Shown here: positions 9,801-21,041 of the stretch, piece by piece | Numbering within the stretch: position 1 is the first letter of the stretch | How the letters are laid out: every line of letters starts with the position of its first letter | Source of the DNA: Gammaproteobacteria bacterium | GTDB lineage: Bacteria > Pseudomonadota > Gammaproteobacteria > GCA-001735895 | Length of the DNA stretch: 64,000 nucleotides | NCBI GenBank assembly: GCA_050298595.1 | Contig: JBNKUM010000107.1 | Coordinates: 1-64,000, forward strand | Direction of reading: 5' to 3' | The notes under the pieces: model-generated | What the model saw: the letters and a program-made list of their open reading frames with translations, nothing else | Told to the model about the DNA's origin: nothing | The model's database searches: none | Position numbers and translations under genes: made by a program

Positions 9801-10135
9801 AGTCCAGCTGTACTGATGAGTTCTTTTCGGGCAATTGCATAATCACCTGTCCAAATATTACTACCTGTGTTGGTAATCCGTTTTGCCCCTGTAAGACGTA
9901 GACCAAATAACAAGTCAACATCATCACCCACCATTGCAGGTGATGGCGTTTGCTGATCGGCAATTAACATAAACAGGCAACCTGGCTTGATCTGAGACTC
10001 ACGAATCAGTTGCAGCGTATCCTTTAGGCACCATAGGTTTGCCTTTGCTATTGCCTCACCCAATACCGCATAGGTTGGTCTTTGCCCTCTGCGTTCAGCA
10101 TTTTCAATTTTGACCTTAAAATCATCTTTGCTCAT
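6893..10135 (-). CDS. Large protein: alpha/beta-hydrolase-like N-domain, 7 IPT/TIG repeats, two Ada-like Cys/His metal-binding domains
   Basis: AGGAGG 6 nt before ATG 10135; LFAGFGRGALLA elbow; seven P-x-I-x-S-x-S-P...G...G-x-N/Y-F repeats; YHRADC..FEPCLC and LHIEPC..FDNCAYC. Confidence 0.8.
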   Translation of the reverse strand: MSKDDFKVKIENAERRGQRPTYAVLGEAIAKANLWCLKDTLQLIRESQIKPGCLFMLIADQQTPSPAMVGDDVDLLFGLRLTGAKRITNTGSNIWTGDYAIARKELISTAGLLYKDYNHFTSLGTQEADAIIVDVLNPNNNWLYSEERKKRVEEELSEHVINRILLVYDKMGVDRPILLFAGFGRGALLAYHLASRMTNESSKVVLVSIDPRVNEGHKDEKKLIREWHVKTKKHLWRKDSEYYWKSVTKRPTKERTDYFPVLRSLQGVSCYNVFQRHNFSSTAMKKSAAWPVGCAIDGAISPGDFNITNFEPCDGAAAFNQWDVNIGEHATQMLDRYAPWIIDVAEREGLIATPLLEGISPEGGVAGGTITLTGHNLNGCDVIIRAYDGSHPDLTVSQVNAQPDGKTLTFTYPYNFPPGLKKIFLNKFGKYSTDLTFKAAPYISSVSKTSQIVGKEVTLSGYFSGGWTLHISGSGFDEKLEMSGNGNTVTFTVPHTGVNNSAPNVGLVKLRAESAEGVMGTDTDFVIAPYIRSISPAEAAPGTNVDVHVYVGDGGVSNFLRFCNTYTSPNLNELSHDNGIIEVQVPNDIQGGEYDVVLMCTDSGNNDIYSNTEHFTVNSIITALRPTVQVNGLNVEVLGAGFNYDDKVLQNGSEVDTEVVNTQTLNFEVHTDVGKKEVVVQSKDGRRSNPATYGVAPYIDTSASPAQALPGEEIILKGYFNLHGILFYRGLDVDSTLVDENTRMFTVPEMSAGNGELKIKYDFDKAGNIVNFAVKAKITALSRLAVEAGEVLTITGLNFTDACLLYINGVEVVASRVGSNTFQWTVPNDAEPGPRSVAVVDTTTGLAGNAMEFGVTPYIKSLSTESEAPGATIVAHGYFSPDDHIQMEGKEAATRVIDDLTLSFTMPLLQRGGSGDVVVIEGERRSNGVHCDVNFVPWPLAKKRSANEGFHWLAAIDSKYYHRADCWRVKRILEKHRIGFACQEDAWLFGFEPCLCVKEGGEQLPEVTLLAGYGADAKHLKHSFDFPYYGNVKSRELHIEPCVRLARDIPLSSRIGFHDLDEAHALDFDNCAYCLGNSKR

Positions 10136-10566
10136 GACACACCTCCTGTGTAATATCAGTTTATGTGGTATTGCATGACTGTCTGGCATGCTTTCGCACT
10201 GTCAGATGGGACTTTTGATCTCTTCCTCGTGTATCCGTGAAATGACTGGATTGGAATAGCTATCCCGTAGCCATTCAGCGGCGGAAATTAAGTAATAAAA
10301 ATTGAAAACGATGACACATGCTTAAATCGCCATATCCTTTATCAGGCTGTATAGAGCATAAGGAAAGAGTTATCTAAAAAGATAGTCCCTATGTATAGGA
10401 AGGATAGGTGCAGCACGGCAGAATATCAAGGCAGAAAACCAGAGTCATGGGTCCACTCGCAACGCCAGTCTACCTGGCCGCTACCAACTCAATGCAGGCA
10501 GAGACCGCATATTTTTTATCTACTTCGAATTACTGAAACCAGGTTTAGGTTTTCTGTTTGAAGACG

Positions 10567-11521
10567 TTACTCCGACACTCTGTTGCGGCCAGCATACTTG
10601 GCCCGGTAGAGGGCGGCATCGGCCTGTTCCACCAGGAATTCAGTAGATGATTTTTTCGAAGGAATGCAGGCTGCCATACCCAGGCTGATGGTCACCACCC
10701 GACTGACCGGTGAAGTGGGATGATGGATGGTTAGCGACTCGCAAGTGGCGTGCAGTTTCTCAGTCATGGTCACCGCGAGCTCTGCACCCGGCATCAGAAA
10801 GACCATTTCCTCGCCACCATAACGAGCGGCCAGGTCACTTGCGCGCCCAGCCGATAGTAAGAACACAGCAGCAACCGCAGACAGACAGTGGTCGCCTTCC
10901 TGGTGGCCTAGTGAATTGTTGAACAGCTTAAACGCATCAATATCAGCCATCACCAGACCAAGGCTGGTGTGCTCGCGGGATGCGCGACGCCATTACTTAT
11001 CCAGCACGGAATTTAAGCGGCGACGGTTGGCTAATCTGGTTAGTGTATCCATGAATGACAGCTCGGAGAGATGCTCATTCAGTAAGCAGCGTGCTACGAA
11101 GTGAATGACCGCGGCCAAAGGCTGTAGATCTGACCTTGTCCAGCCTGTACTTGGTAAAAGCAATCAGGTCGGCACGCGCCACCCAGAAGAAGCCACGATT
11201 ACAGGTCATCCAGAGGTAGCCGATGCTGTCCTCCAGAATAAGCTGGATGCTACCGTTCCACAGCCCGTCAACCGGGCGGATACTCGACAAGCTGTCATTA
11301 TGCAGGCGGGTGATGCCTTCTCCATTGCTGCCTATTCATAGATCGTCATCTGCGTCTTCATACAGTGTCTGGATCCGGTTCGACATCAGGACATCGGCCA
11401 TGGTCAGGGTCAAAAAAGTTCCGTGGCGATAGCGGAACAGGCCCTGTCCCGTTGTTCCAAACCAAAGCGTGCCGCTATGATCTTGCAGGATGGTGGATAT
11501 GGTGTCGCGCGGCGCCCCCAC
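10567..11521 (-). pseudogene. Decayed beta-propeller sensor / GGEEF-type diguanylate cyclase
   Basis: QDHSGTLWFGT, EDADDDL*IGSNG, EDSIGYLWMTCNRG propeller repeats; DTLTRLANRRR..DK*WRR; ARYGGEEM; in-frame stops at ~11336 and ~10993; 5' truncated. Confidence 0.85.
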
Positions 11522-11540
11522 ATAAAAATGAGGAGATAAT

Positions 11541-11617
11541 TGGTGGGCCCGGGAGGACTCGAACCTCCGACCAATGGATTATGAGTCCACTGCTCTAACC
11601 AACTGAGCTACAGGCCC
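11541..11617 (-). tRNA. ileX: tRNA-Ile2 (CAT anticodon, lysidine type)
   Basis: GGGCCTGTAGCTCAGTTGGTTAGAGCAGTGGACTCATAATCCATTGGTCGGAGGTTCGAGTCCTCCCGGGCCCACCA; cloverleaf with encoded CCA; lies downstream of rpoD, as ileX does. Confidence 0.92.
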
Positions 11618-11895
11618 TTATAAGGGGTAGTCAAAAGAATAATAAGGGTCGTTGATCAGGCCGTTTAGGCTTTTTACAGCGACTATTTGTTTCTTTCTAA
11701 TTTCGTGCTAATCCTTCGTCCATGAAGTTGCGATCCTGCCGGGCTTCCTTCCCCGGCGTTCGTACCGTTGCGATATGCTATATCAGTCGGCACTCACCCT
11801 GCGTCAACCTAATACATGAGCAGGATAAAATTGTTGAATTCGTGGATAGCTCAAAGGGGCTAATCAGAATTAAGGATGCGAATTGTAACCGAATA

Positions 11896-13746
11896 TTAAT
11901 CCGCGTCAATAAAACTTCTTAATTGCTCTGATCGACTTGGATGACGTAGCTTACGCAATGCCTTGGCTTCGATCTGACGAATACGTTCACGGGTTACGTC
12001 GAACTGTTTTCCAACTTCTTCCAGCGTGTGATCGGTGTTCATGTCGATACCGAAGCGCATGCGTAATACCTTGGCTTCTCTCGGTGTCAGGCTGGACAGG
12101 ATTTCACGGGTTGATTCAGATAGTCCGGCATTAGTCGCAGTATCGGCAGGCAACAGCACATTGGTGTCTTCGATGAAATCACCCAGATGCGAATCTTCGT
12201 CATCACCGATTGGGGTTTCCATGGAGATAGGCTCTTTGGAGATCTTGAGTACCTTACGCACCTTGTCTTCCGGCAAGTCCATGCGTTCTGCCAGTTCTTC
12301 AGGCAGGGGTTCGCGCCCCAGTTCCTGTAGCATCTGGCGTGAGATGCGGTTGAGCTTGTTAATCGTTTCGATCATGTGTACCGGTATACGAATGGTACGT
12401 GCCTGATCGGCGATTGAACGGGTGATTGCCTGACGTATCCACCAGGTGGCATAGGTGGAGAATTTGTAACCACGACGGTATTCAAACTTGTCTACTGCCT
12501 TCATCAGGCCGATGTTGCCTTCCTGGATCAGATCGAGGAATTGCAGGCCACGGTTGGTGTATTTTTTGGCGATAGAAATAACCAGACGCAGGTTGGCCTC
12601 GATCATTTCTTTTTTGGCACGACGCGCCTTGGCTTCGCCTATGGACATCTTACGGTTGATTTCCTTGATGTCATGAATCTTCAGGCGTGATGTCTTTTCA
12701 ATAGACAGCAGGCGTTTCTGGTGGCGTGTAACTTCGTCACGTACTTCTTCCAGACCTGCTGCGTAATCTTTTCCGGTCGCAATATGTTCAGCTAACCACC
12801 CCAGATTGGTTTCATTCTGTTTGAATGAATTGATGAAGTCTTTACGAGGCATACGTGCCTGATTAACACAGATATCCAGTATTGCGCGTTCGTTAGAGCG
12901 AATACGGGTGATGATGTCTCTCAGGTTGTTTCCCAGTTCATCAACGAATGAAGGCAATAACTTAATTTCCATTAGCAGCTTAACGGTTTCGTCGAGTTGC
13001 TTGTTCCATTTTTTCTCATCGCCTGATTCAGCGACTTCCATGGTTTTGGCGAAGCTTTTTTCGATCGCGCTAAAACGCTCTTCGGCTTCGACTGGATCAA
13101 GCCCAGTATCCGGTTCTACTGCGTCATCATCATCATCGTCGTCATCATCATCGTCGTTATCATTACTATCGTTGGAGTCATCGTTACTGCTTTGAGTCTG
13201 GGTCGGCATAGGGATGGCGTTGGGATCTTCGTTAGGGTCAACGTATCCAACAATGAGATCAGTAAGTTTGGTTTTTTCATCACGTACTTCCTGATAACGT
13301 TCCAGGATAATTTCCATGGTGTCAGGATAGCGTGCCAGTGCAGACATGGCCTGGTTGAGGCCATCTTCGATACGACGGGCAATCTTGATTTCGCCTTCTC
13401 GAGTTAACAGTTCAACAGTACCCATTTCGCGCATATACATACGCACAGGATCAGTAGTACGACCGAATTCGCTGTCCAGAGAGGCGAGAGCGGCGGCAGC
13501 TTCTTCTACTGCATCCTCATCGGGTTCGTTTTCTGCATCGTTAAGAATGTGATCGGAATCTTCTGCTGGCGCGCTTTCATGGACTTTGATGCCCATGTCA
13601 TTGATCATGCGAATGATGTCTTCTATCTGTTCGGGGTCTACGATTCCGTCAGGTAGGTGGTCATTGACCTCGGCATAAGTCAAATAACCTTGCTCTTTGC
13701 CTTTGGCAATGAGCTCTTTTAAGCTGGACTGCTGATTTTTATCCAT
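11896..13746 (-). CDS. rpoD: RNA polymerase sigma factor RpoD
   Basis: [63 protein letters not shown]. Confidence 0.99.
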   Translation of the reverse strand: MDKNQQSSLKELIAKGKEQGYLTYAEVNDHLPDGIVDPEQIEDIIRMINDMGIKVHESAPAEDSDHILNDAENEPDEDAVEEAAAALASLDSEFGRTTDPVRMYMREMGTVELLTREGEIKIARRIEDGLNQAMSALARYPDTMEIILERYQEVRDEKTKLTDLIVGYVDPNEDPNAIPMPTQTQSSNDDSNDSNDNDDDDDDDDDDDAVEPDTGLDPVEAEERFSAIEKSFAKTMEVAESGDEKKWNKQLDETVKLLMEIKLLPSFVDELGNNLRDIITRIRSNERAILDICVNQARMPRKDFINSFKQNETNLGWLAEHIATGKDYAAGLEEVRDEVTRHQKRLLSIEKTSRLKIHDIKEINRKMSIGEAKARRAKKEMIEANLRLVISIAKKYTNRGLQFLDLIQEGNIGLMKAVDKFEYRRGYKFSTYATWWIRQAITRSIADQARTIRIPVHMIETINKLNRISRQMLQELGREPLPEELAERMDLPEDKVRKVLKISKEPISMETPIGDDEDSHLGDFIEDTNVLLPADTATNAGLSESTREILSSLTPREAKVLRMRFGIDMNTDHTLEEVGKQFDVTRERIRQIEAKALRKLRHPSRSEQLRSFIDAD

Positions 13747-13833
13747 GGTGACCTGTAGAAGATGAAAGAAAAACGTTCAAATGAACTAGCCAGTATATAA
13801 GGTTTTGTGGATTTTTCCAAAATTAATAATGAT

Positions 13834-15558
13834 TTATTGCCTTTTGGTAAGTAATAAATATTCCTGTAACTCAACTTCGTTTAATTCATTGCCTGAGTTT
13901 AGTTTGTTTTGTAGCTTCTTGAAGCGATTGTTTCGATATTGTTGACGGAGTTGTTTGATTGCATCGTTGAACATAGGTTCCATGTCGCTTTCTTCATTTT
14001 GCATCGCTGGAGTCATAGCGGCGATTTTGTAAAGATGAGATTCATGCTGGTGGCCGGAGAAGCGTGCTAACAGGTTTTGCGTGCTGATGCCGGGGTGTTC
14101 GTGCACCTGATCAAGGATCAGCAACAATAGATCGATGCCTGGGATATCGGATTCACAAAGATCTTCCAGATTACCTGCTGATTGTGCGAGGTCTGGTTTT
14201 TGCAGCAGCAGATTTATTGCCAGGCGAGTTGGGGTCCAGTGCTGTTCGGGTACTATCTGTTTTGGTGTGGTCTCCTGCGTGGAATTGCCCATGATTTTTA
14301 ACAGCCTGGAGTCGAGTTCGATGGAAAGTCTTTTTTCAACTTCGCGTAGGATTTCATCTTTAAGGCTTTGTAGTGGTATTTTTTCAAAGTAGGGGCGCAG
14401 CATGTCGATAAATTGCGAGCGGCCCTCAGGGCTGTGAACTTCGCCTTTTGAAAGCAGTTCATGGAATAGAAATTCGGTGAGTGTAGATGCCTGCTGAGCC
14501 TGTTGTTGAAAGTCTTCCAGACCAAATTCTTTGATGTAGGTGTCAGGATCGTGGCCTTCAGGTAAAAACAGGAAGCGCGCCATGCGGCCTTCCTTGAGAG
14601 AGGCCAGGCAGTTTTCAAGAGCACGCCATGCGGCTTTTCTACCCGCCTGATCGGCATCGAAACAGAAGATCAGTTTTTTGGCGATACGGAATAACTTTTC
14701 AATCTGATCATGATTGATGGCTGTGCCCAGAGTAGCGACAGCATTGCCAACGCCATGTTCGGCGAGAGAAACAACATCCATATAGCCTTCGGTGATGAAT
14801 ATCTGTTCGATATGGGTGTTGTTGAGTTTGAGTTCGTACAGTCCGTAGATCTCTTCACCTTTATGAAATACCGGTGATTCGGGTGAGTTGAGATATTTCG
14901 GGTTATCCTCGGGGTTTATCACACGACCACCAAAGGCGATAGTGCGCCCTCTGCGATCACGGATAGGGAACATCAGGCGGTGCCTGAATCGATCGTAGAT
15001 TTTATCCTGTTCGTTTTTGATCAGCATGCCTGATTCAATCAGGTTGTTGGTATCACCTTTCAGGTTGTTCCAGCCGGGTGGGGCGAATCCGATGGCATAT
15101 TGTTTGGCCGTTTTTCCGCTGATGCCACGTTGTTGCAGGTATTCTATTGCCTGCTGATTTTGCTTGAGTTGTGACTGGTAGTATTGCGAGCAATTTTCCA
15201 GCGTGTTAAACAGTGATTCGGCTTCGGCTTTATTTTGCTGGCTGGTGTGGTGTCCTTTCTCGTACGGGATTTCCACACCAATATGTTGTGCCAGGGTTTC
15301 TATCGCTTCGACAAATTCCATGTGGTCATAATCCATCAAAAAACTGATGGCGTTGCCGTGTTGCTGGCAACCGAAGCAATGATAGAACTGTTTGTTCTGG
15401 CTTACCGAGAAGGAGGGGGATTTTTCGTTATGAAATGGACAGCAGGCCCAGTATTCGCGCCCCTTTTTTTTTAAAGGGACGCGGGCATCGATGATTTCGA
15501 CGATATCTATCCTGTTGAGCAGGTCATCAATGAAGCTGCGTGGTATTTTCCCCGACAT
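13834..15558 (-). CDS. dnaG: DNA primase
   Basis: CPFHNEKSPSF zinc ribbon, KYLNSPE, EGYMDV, Toprim FDADQAG. Confidence 0.99.
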   Translation of the reverse strand: MSGKIPRSFIDDLLNRIDIVEIIDARVPLKKKGREYWACCPFHNEKSPSFSVSQNKQFYHCFGCQQHGNAISFLMDYDHMEFVEAIETLAQHIGVEIPYEKGHHTSQQNKAEAESLFNTLENCSQYYQSQLKQNQQAIEYLQQRGISGKTAKQYAIGFAPPGWNNLKGDTNNLIESGMLIKNEQDKIYDRFRHRLMFPIRDRRGRTIAFGGRVINPEDNPKYLNSPESPVFHKGEEIYGLYELKLNNTHIEQIFITEGYMDVVSLAEHGVGNAVATLGTAINHDQIEKLFRIAKKLIFCFDADQAGRKAAWRALENCLASLKEGRMARFLFLPEGHDPDTYIKEFGLEDFQQQAQQASTLTEFLFHELLSKGEVHSPEGRSQFIDMLRPYFEKIPLQSLKDEILREVEKRLSIELDSRLLKIMGNSTQETTPKQIVPEQHWTPTRLAINLLLQKPDLAQSAGNLEDLCESDIPGIDLLLLILDQVHEHPGISTQNLLARFSGHQHESHLYKIAAMTPAMQNEESDMEPMFNDAIKQLRQQYRNNRFKKLQNKLNSGNELNEVELQEYLLLTKRQ

Positions 15559-15595
15559 GTTTTAACTGGCCTGCTTCAATACAGCTGCTCCTGCA

Positions 15596-18500
15596 TCAGG
15601 CTGCATCCTGCTGCAGGGTATCCATCAGGGAGTTGATATCCTCTGCTTTAGGTTTTACCAGCCAGAACATGCGCTGATAGCGGATGAAGTTATCCAGAAT
15701 ATACTGTCCCCAGGCGCTGCCAGTCAGCGCTACATGTTTCTCGATCATTTCCTGCAGGTGAGTGCGGTAGTTCTCCATGTTTTCAGCGGATATACGGTGG
15801 ATGTCTATCAATTCATTGTTGATGCAATCAACGAACCCCTTATCCAGATCGAGCACATAGGCGAAGCCACCTGTCATACCTGCGCCAAAGTTGATGCCTG
15901 CTTTTCCAAGTACCGTGATGATGCCGCCGGTCATATATTCACAACCGTGATCACCGATGCCTTCCACTACTGCCTGTGCACCAGAGTTACGAACGCCAAA
16001 GCGTTCACCGGCAGTACCGGCAGCAAAAAGTTCTCCACCGGTTGCGCCATACAGGCAGGTGTTACCCATAATCGTTGTGTCCTGGCTTTTGAACTTACTG
16101 TTAGCGGGTGGTGTGATTACAACCTGGCCGCCAGCCATGCCTTTACAGACATAGTCGTTAGCATCGCCTTTCAGGGTCATGTGCAGGCCTTTTGAGTTCC
16201 ATACACCAAAGCTTTGTCCAGCAGATCCAGTGAGATTCAGCTGGATAGGGTTGTCGCCCATGCCCTCATCACCATGCGCCAGTGCTATCTCACCCGACAG
16301 ACGTGCGCCTATCGAACGATTAATGTTCTGCAGGTGATAGCTGAATTCGCCTCCCGTTTTGTTTTGAATAGCGGGCAGGCAGTCCTTTACCATCTGTTCG
16401 GCGAGCTCGCCTTTATCAAAGGGGATGTTTTGCGGTTCGATGCAATACTGCGGCAGGTCTTTGGAAAGACCGCCATCATCCAGAAGAGGTTGCAGGTTAA
16501 GCTTGCTCTGGCTGCAGGTTTTACCTTCGATGACTTCCAGTAAGTCGGTGCGACCAATTATGTCAGCTAGTTTGCTGACACCGATTGAAGCGAGAATATT
16601 TCGAACATCCTGCGCGATGAAGCGGAAGTAGTTTTTCACCTTTTCTACATTGCCGTTGAAGTGTAGCTCACGCAGGATCGCATTTTGTGTCGCGACACCG
16701 GTAGCGCAGTTGTTCAGATGACAGATACGCAGGAATTTGCAGCCCATGGCAACCATGGGGCCGGTGCCGAAGCCAAAGCTTTCTGCACCCAGGATAGCGG
16801 CTTTAACCACATCCAGGCCAGTCTTCAAGCCGCCATCTGTTTGAACTCGAACCTTGTCGCGCAGCTTATTGGCGCGTAATACCTGGTGTGTTTCAGTGAG
16901 CCCCAGCTCCCAGGGAGAGCCTGCATATTTGACCGAAGTCAGCGGACTGGCACCCGTTCCGCCATCGTAACCAGCAATTGTAATCAGGTCGGCATAGGCC
17001 TTGGCTACGCCTGCGGCTATGGTGCCGACACCGGCTTCTGCAACCAGTTTGACCGATACCAGTGCTTTAGGGTTAACCTGTTTCAGGTCAAAGATTAACT
17101 GCGCCAGATCTTCGATTGAGTAAATGTCGTGGTGCGGTGGTGGCGAAATCAGGGTGACTCCGGGTTTGGAGTGGCGTAGTGTGGCAATCAGTTTATTGAC
17201 CTTTTTACCGGGCAGTTGGCCTCCCTCACCGGGTTTGGCACCCTGAGCAACCTTGATCTGTAAAACCTCAGCATTCACCAGGTAGTGTGGCGTTACGCCA
17301 AAACGCCCGGAAGCGATTTGCTTGATCTTGGACATTTTATCGGTGCCATAGCGGGCCTTGTCTTCACCACCTTCGCCGGAGTTGGAACGTCCGCCTAGCT
17401 GATTCATGGCCTGGGCCAGGGTTTCGTGCGCTTCAGGAGATAGAGCACCCAATGACATGCCAGCAGAGTCGAATCGCATCAGGATGTCATGTAACGGCTC
17501 TACCTGATCGATATCGATGGGTTGTGCCGACTTCAGGCGCAGCATGTCACGCAATGCTACAGCGGGGCGGTTGTTGACGGTATCAGCGTAAATTTTCCAG
17601 TCTGCGTAATTGCCACTGCCTACTGCTTTTTGCAGGGTTTGTACGACATCCGGGTTGTAGGCATGATATTCACCGCCGTGTACATACTTAAGCAGGCCGC
17701 CCTGGGTAATGCTTTTGCGAGGGTTCCATGCCAGTTTATTGATGGCTTTTGCGTCCGCTTCGAGATCGTCAAAATCGATACCATTGATGCGACAGGTAGT
17801 GCCGGTGAAACACAGGTCAACCACCTCTTTATGCATACCGACAATTTCAAACAACTGTGAGCCGCGGTAACTGGCGATGGTGGAAATTCCCATCTTGGAA
17901 ATGATTTTATACAGCCCTTTGTTAATCCCTTTACGATAGTTGGTGCCAATTTGATGATGTTCCATATCGCGAATTTCACCTGATTTCACCATGCCCAACA
18001 GGCTGGCATAGGCGAGATAGGGGTATATGGCTGTGGCGCCATAACCGACTAATACTGCCATGTGGTGTGGATCGCGCGCGCTTCCGGTTTCTACCACGAT
18101 GTTTACATCACAGCGTAGTCCTTCCTGACAGAGGCGGTGGTGAACCGCGCCCGTAGCAAGTGCTGCGTGAATGATTATTTCATTTCTGGGTACTTCATGA
18201 TCGGTCAGTACCAGAATGATCTTGCCATCACGGCCAGCCTGTACCGCCTGATCTGTTAGATTGATAATCGCCTGCTTCAGGCTGATTTGAGCGGGGTCGT
18301 AACTCATACGGATACGCTGATGCTCGAATTGTGTCTGCCTGGTTGGATCTAGCAGTTTGTGAAATTTGTGATCGGACAGAATTGGGGAGTTGACTACCAG
18401 TCGATTGGCGAATTCTGGGGATTCTTCAAACAGGTTTTGTTCCTGGCCGAAACAGGTTTCCAGCGACATGACGATTTTTTCGCGCAAAGGGTCAATGGGC

Positions 18501-20068
18501 GGGTTGGTAACCTGGGCAAATGATTGACGGAAACTGTCATACACCGAGCGCACATGGTGAGATAACACGGGAAGAGGTGTGTCATCACCCATGGACCCGG
18601 TTGCTTCCTGACCGTCTGAGGCTAATACGCGTAGCACCTGGTCCTTTTCTTCGAAGCTGACCTGAAACAGTTTTTCAAATCGATCCAGCGTCTGCTGATC
18701 CATCGATTCTTCCGACAGAGGGGCATGTTGAGGATCTGCTGACAGGTACTTTAGTCCATTTTTAAGCCATTCCTCATAAGGGTGGCGCTCCTGTAACATT
18801 TCATCGATATCTTCAGATAGTAATACCCTGGCACTTTCGGTATCAACCGCAAACATTTGTCCGGGCATTAGACGGCCCTTGGCGACAACATCTTCGGGTT
18901 TGTAATCCCATACACCAACCTCTGAGGCGAGGGTGATGTGACGATCACTGGTACGTACCCATCGCGCGGGACGCAGTCCATTACGATCAGTAACACAGCA
19001 GGCATAGCGACCTTCGGTGAGAACGATTCCTGCTGGGCCATCCCAGGGGTCCATGTGCATAGAGTTATACTCGTAGAAGGCTTTTAGAGCGGAATCCATA
19101 TAATCCACGTTCTGCCAGGCAGGTGGCACCAGCAGACGCATGGCGCGGAATACGTCTATGCCACCAGCCAGTAAAACATCTAGCATATTATCCATAGAGC
19201 TTGAATCTGAACCTGTCATATTCACCAAAGGACGTACCTCAGCCATATCAGGGATCAGCTTAGACTTGAGTTTATGTGCACGAGCATTAGCCCAGTTACG
19301 GTTGCCCTGTATGGTGTTGATTTCACCATTATGGGCGAGGTAACGAAAGGGCTGGGCCAGTTTCCAGCGAGGCCAGGTATTGGTTGAAAAGCGCTGATGA
19401 AATACACAGATCGAGCTCTTCATCTCTGGGTCGTTGAGATCCTGATAAAACACCGGCAGATTCGCGGGCATAACCAGCCCTTTGTAGGACATGACGCGTG
19501 ATGACATGCTGGGGATGTAGAAATGGCTGTCGTTTTCATCGTGTGCTTTTTCGATAGTGCGTCGGGCAATAAATAATGAACGTTCGAAATCGGCGACACT
19601 GCTATCTTCAGGGGCATTGATAAAGGCCTGAAAAATGGCGGGTTGGCTATTTAAGGCTTCTTCACCACAGGCTGATGAGTCGGTAGGTACTTCACGCCAT
19701 CCGGCTAGTGCTAATCCCTGTTTGGAGACCTTTTCTGTGAAGAGTGTTTTTTCGTTTTCGATTACGGAAGCGTCGGGTTTCATGAAGACCATAGCAACGG
19801 CGTATTGGTCGCTTAACTCGATGCCGAGTTGCTGTGCTTTACTGCGTAAAAAAGAATCAGGTTTCTTTAATAATAACCCGCAGCCATCACCAGTTTTACC
19901 ATCTGCGGCTATAGCGCCTCTATGCGTCAGGCGAGCCAGCGCTGAAATCGATGTACTTATCAGCCAGTGGCTAGGCTTATCGTCTATATTGGCAATCAAT
20001 CCAAATCCGCAGCTATCTTTCTCGAAACTGGGGTTATATAGGCCTTTTAAACGTGATAGTTCGCTCAT
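15596..20068 (-). CDS. gltB: Glutamate synthase large subunit
   Basis: [44 protein letters not shown]; start taken at ATG 20068. Confidence 0.99.
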   Translation of the reverse strand: MSELSRLKGLYNPSFEKDSCGFGLIANIDDKPSHWLISTSISALARLTHRGAIAADGKTGDGCGLLLKKPDSFLRSKAQQLGIELSDQYAVAMVFMKPDASVIENEKTLFTEKVSKQGLALAGWREVPTDSSACGEEALNSQPAIFQAFINAPEDSSVADFERSLFIARRTIEKAHDENDSHFYIPSMSSRVMSYKGLVMPANLPVFYQDLNDPEMKSSICVFHQRFSTNTWPRWKLAQPFRYLAHNGEINTIQGNRNWANARAHKLKSKLIPDMAEVRPLVNMTGSDSSSMDNMLDVLLAGGIDVFRAMRLLVPPAWQNVDYMDSALKAFYEYNSMHMDPWDGPAGIVLTEGRYACCVTDRNGLRPARWVRTSDRHITLASEVGVWDYKPEDVVAKGRLMPGQMFAVDTESARVLLSEDIDEMLQERHPYEEWLKNGLKYLSADPQHAPLSEESMDQQTLDRFEKLFQVSFEEKDQVLRVLASDGQEATGSMGDDTPLPVLSHHVRSVYDSFRQSFAQVTNPPIDPLREKIVMSLETCFGQEQNLFEESPEFANRLVVNSPILSDHKFHKLLDPTRQTQFEHQRIRMSYDPAQISLKQAIINLTDQAVQAGRDGKIILVLTDHEVPRNEIIIHAALATGAVHHRLCQEGLRCDVNIVVETGSARDPHHMAVLVGYGATAIYPYLAYASLLGMVKSGEIRDMEHHQIGTNYRKGINKGLYKIISKMGISTIASYRGSQLFEIVGMHKEVVDLCFTGTTCRINGIDFDDLEADAKAINKLAWNPRKSITQGGLLKYVHGGEYHAYNPDVVQTLQKAVGSGNYADWKIYADTVNNRPAVALRDMLRLKSAQPIDIDQVEPLHDILMRFDSAGMSLGALSPEAHETLAQAMNQLGGRSNSGEGGEDKARYGTDKMSKIKQIASGRFGVTPHYLVNAEVLQIKVAQGAKPGEGGQLPGKKVNKLIATLRHSKPGVTLISPPPHHDIYSIEDLAQLIFDLKQVNPKALVSVKLVAEAGVGTIAAGVAKAYADLITIAGYDGGTGASPLTSVKYAGSPWELGLTETHQVLRANKLRDKVRVQTDGGLKTGLDVVKAAILGAESFGFGTGPMVAMGCKFLRICHLNNCATGVATQNAILRELHFNGNVEKVKNYFRFIAQDVRNILASIGVSKLADIIGRTDLLEVIEGKTCSQSKLNLQPLLDDGGLSKDLPQYCIEPQNIPFDKGELAEQMVKDCLPAIQNKTGGEFSYHLQNINRSIGARLSGEIALAHGDEGMGDNPIQLNLTGSAGQSFGVWNSKGLHMTLKGDANDYVCKGMAGGQVVITPPANSKFKSQDTTIMGNTCLYGATGGELFAAGTAGERFGVRNSGAQAVVEGIGDHGCEYMTGGIITVLGKAGINFGAGMTGGFAYVLDLDKGFVDCINNELIDIHRISAENMENYRTHLQEMIEKHVALTGSAWGQYILDNFIRYQRMFWLVKPKAEDINSLMDTLQQDAA

Positions 20069-20243
20069 AATACTAACCGGTTGGTGAATTCTGAATATTT
20101 TGACGGGATGCAATGATCTTGTGCATCAAATCCAGGCAAAAAGGCTGATCATTATACTCGTCTAAACCTGGGGTATTCAATATTTACCAGAAAACTCCAG
20201 TTGCCATGCGGTGGTGACAATTTTGGGTGCGAGTTACAGGAAG

Positions 20244-21035
20244 TTAGACTTCAGATTTTATCTGACTGAATTTTCTGGGCCAGGGTTTTAATTGTTGTAG
20301 TTTGTCCGGCAGCCTGCTGCGTGCCTGTAGCGCCGTTTCCCTATTTTTGAAGCTGCCATATAGCAGGCGGAAGTAGGTTTTTCCTTTTATCTGACTTCGA
20401 TAATAAGCAGATTTCTGGCAGATATTATGCTCCTTGCAGAAGTCGAAAACTGCTTGCCGAGTGGACGTTGATACTACTTGCAGGCTATAGGCATCATCCT
20501 TTTGACTACGTATCCACTGTGTACCGAGGAGCCCCTGATCTCTATCAAAGAGCACGGGTTTGCCCAGGAATTGATTGGCTGCGTACCTATAGTCTGTAGT
20601 AGAGGGCAGGGTGACATCAACGCTATCGATATCCTCCATTGGGCGCGGTTTGATATGAAGGATGGATTGCTGGCTTGGCGCTTTTATATATGTGTTGGCT
20701 ATTTGAGGCACTAGGACAACACTTAGTAAAGTCAGACTGAGTAATTCAACCAGCTGCGGATTGGGTTTAAAACCACTATCCGGCTTTTGCATCTGTTGAA
20801 CCGTCTGTATGCAGCGTCGTTTTATCTGTTCTGCATCCCCACGAGCTTGCCACCAGATGGAAAATATCCGATACCAGCCAAAAGGAGGACGGTTATTTAT
20901 GCCAGCAAGGTTTAGTGCTCGATGAAGGTATTCGTAGATGCAGACAGGGCTGCATTTATTGCTAGTATTGGCATTAACGTTTGAATCCGTCAGGGCCTGT
21001 ATGATGAGTTTTTGCCAACTCTGTTGGGCGTCCAT
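20244..21035 (-). CDS. SPOR-domain (DamX-like) membrane protein
   Basis: C-terminal YSLQV..YFRLLYGSFKNRETALQARSRLP..PWPRKF; one TM; located between aroB and gltB. Confidence 0.8.
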   Translation of the reverse strand: MDAQQSWQKLIIQALTDSNVNANTSNKCSPVCIYEYLHRALNLAGINNRPPFGWYRIFSIWWQARGDAEQIKRRCIQTVQQMQKPDSGFKPNPQLVELLSLTLLSVVLVPQIANTYIKAPSQQSILHIKPRPMEDIDSVDVTLPSTTDYRYAANQFLGKPVLFDRDQGLLGTQWIRSQKDDAYSLQVVSTSTRQAVFDFCKEHNICQKSAYYRSQIKGKTYFRLLYGSFKNRETALQARSRLPDKLQQLKPWPRKFSQIKSEV

Positions 21036-21041
21036 TGAAGT

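Noticed and set aside
11541-11617. tRNA-Met call from the CAT anticodon
   Set aside because: Paired G1-C72 and no GGG/CCC anticodon stem exclude fMet; sequence and position after rpoD fit Ile2 better than elongator Met
13120-13190. TCA/TCG microsatellite encoding poly-Asp in rpoD
   Set aside because: Ordinary acidic non-conserved region of sigma70; in frame, not a contingency locus
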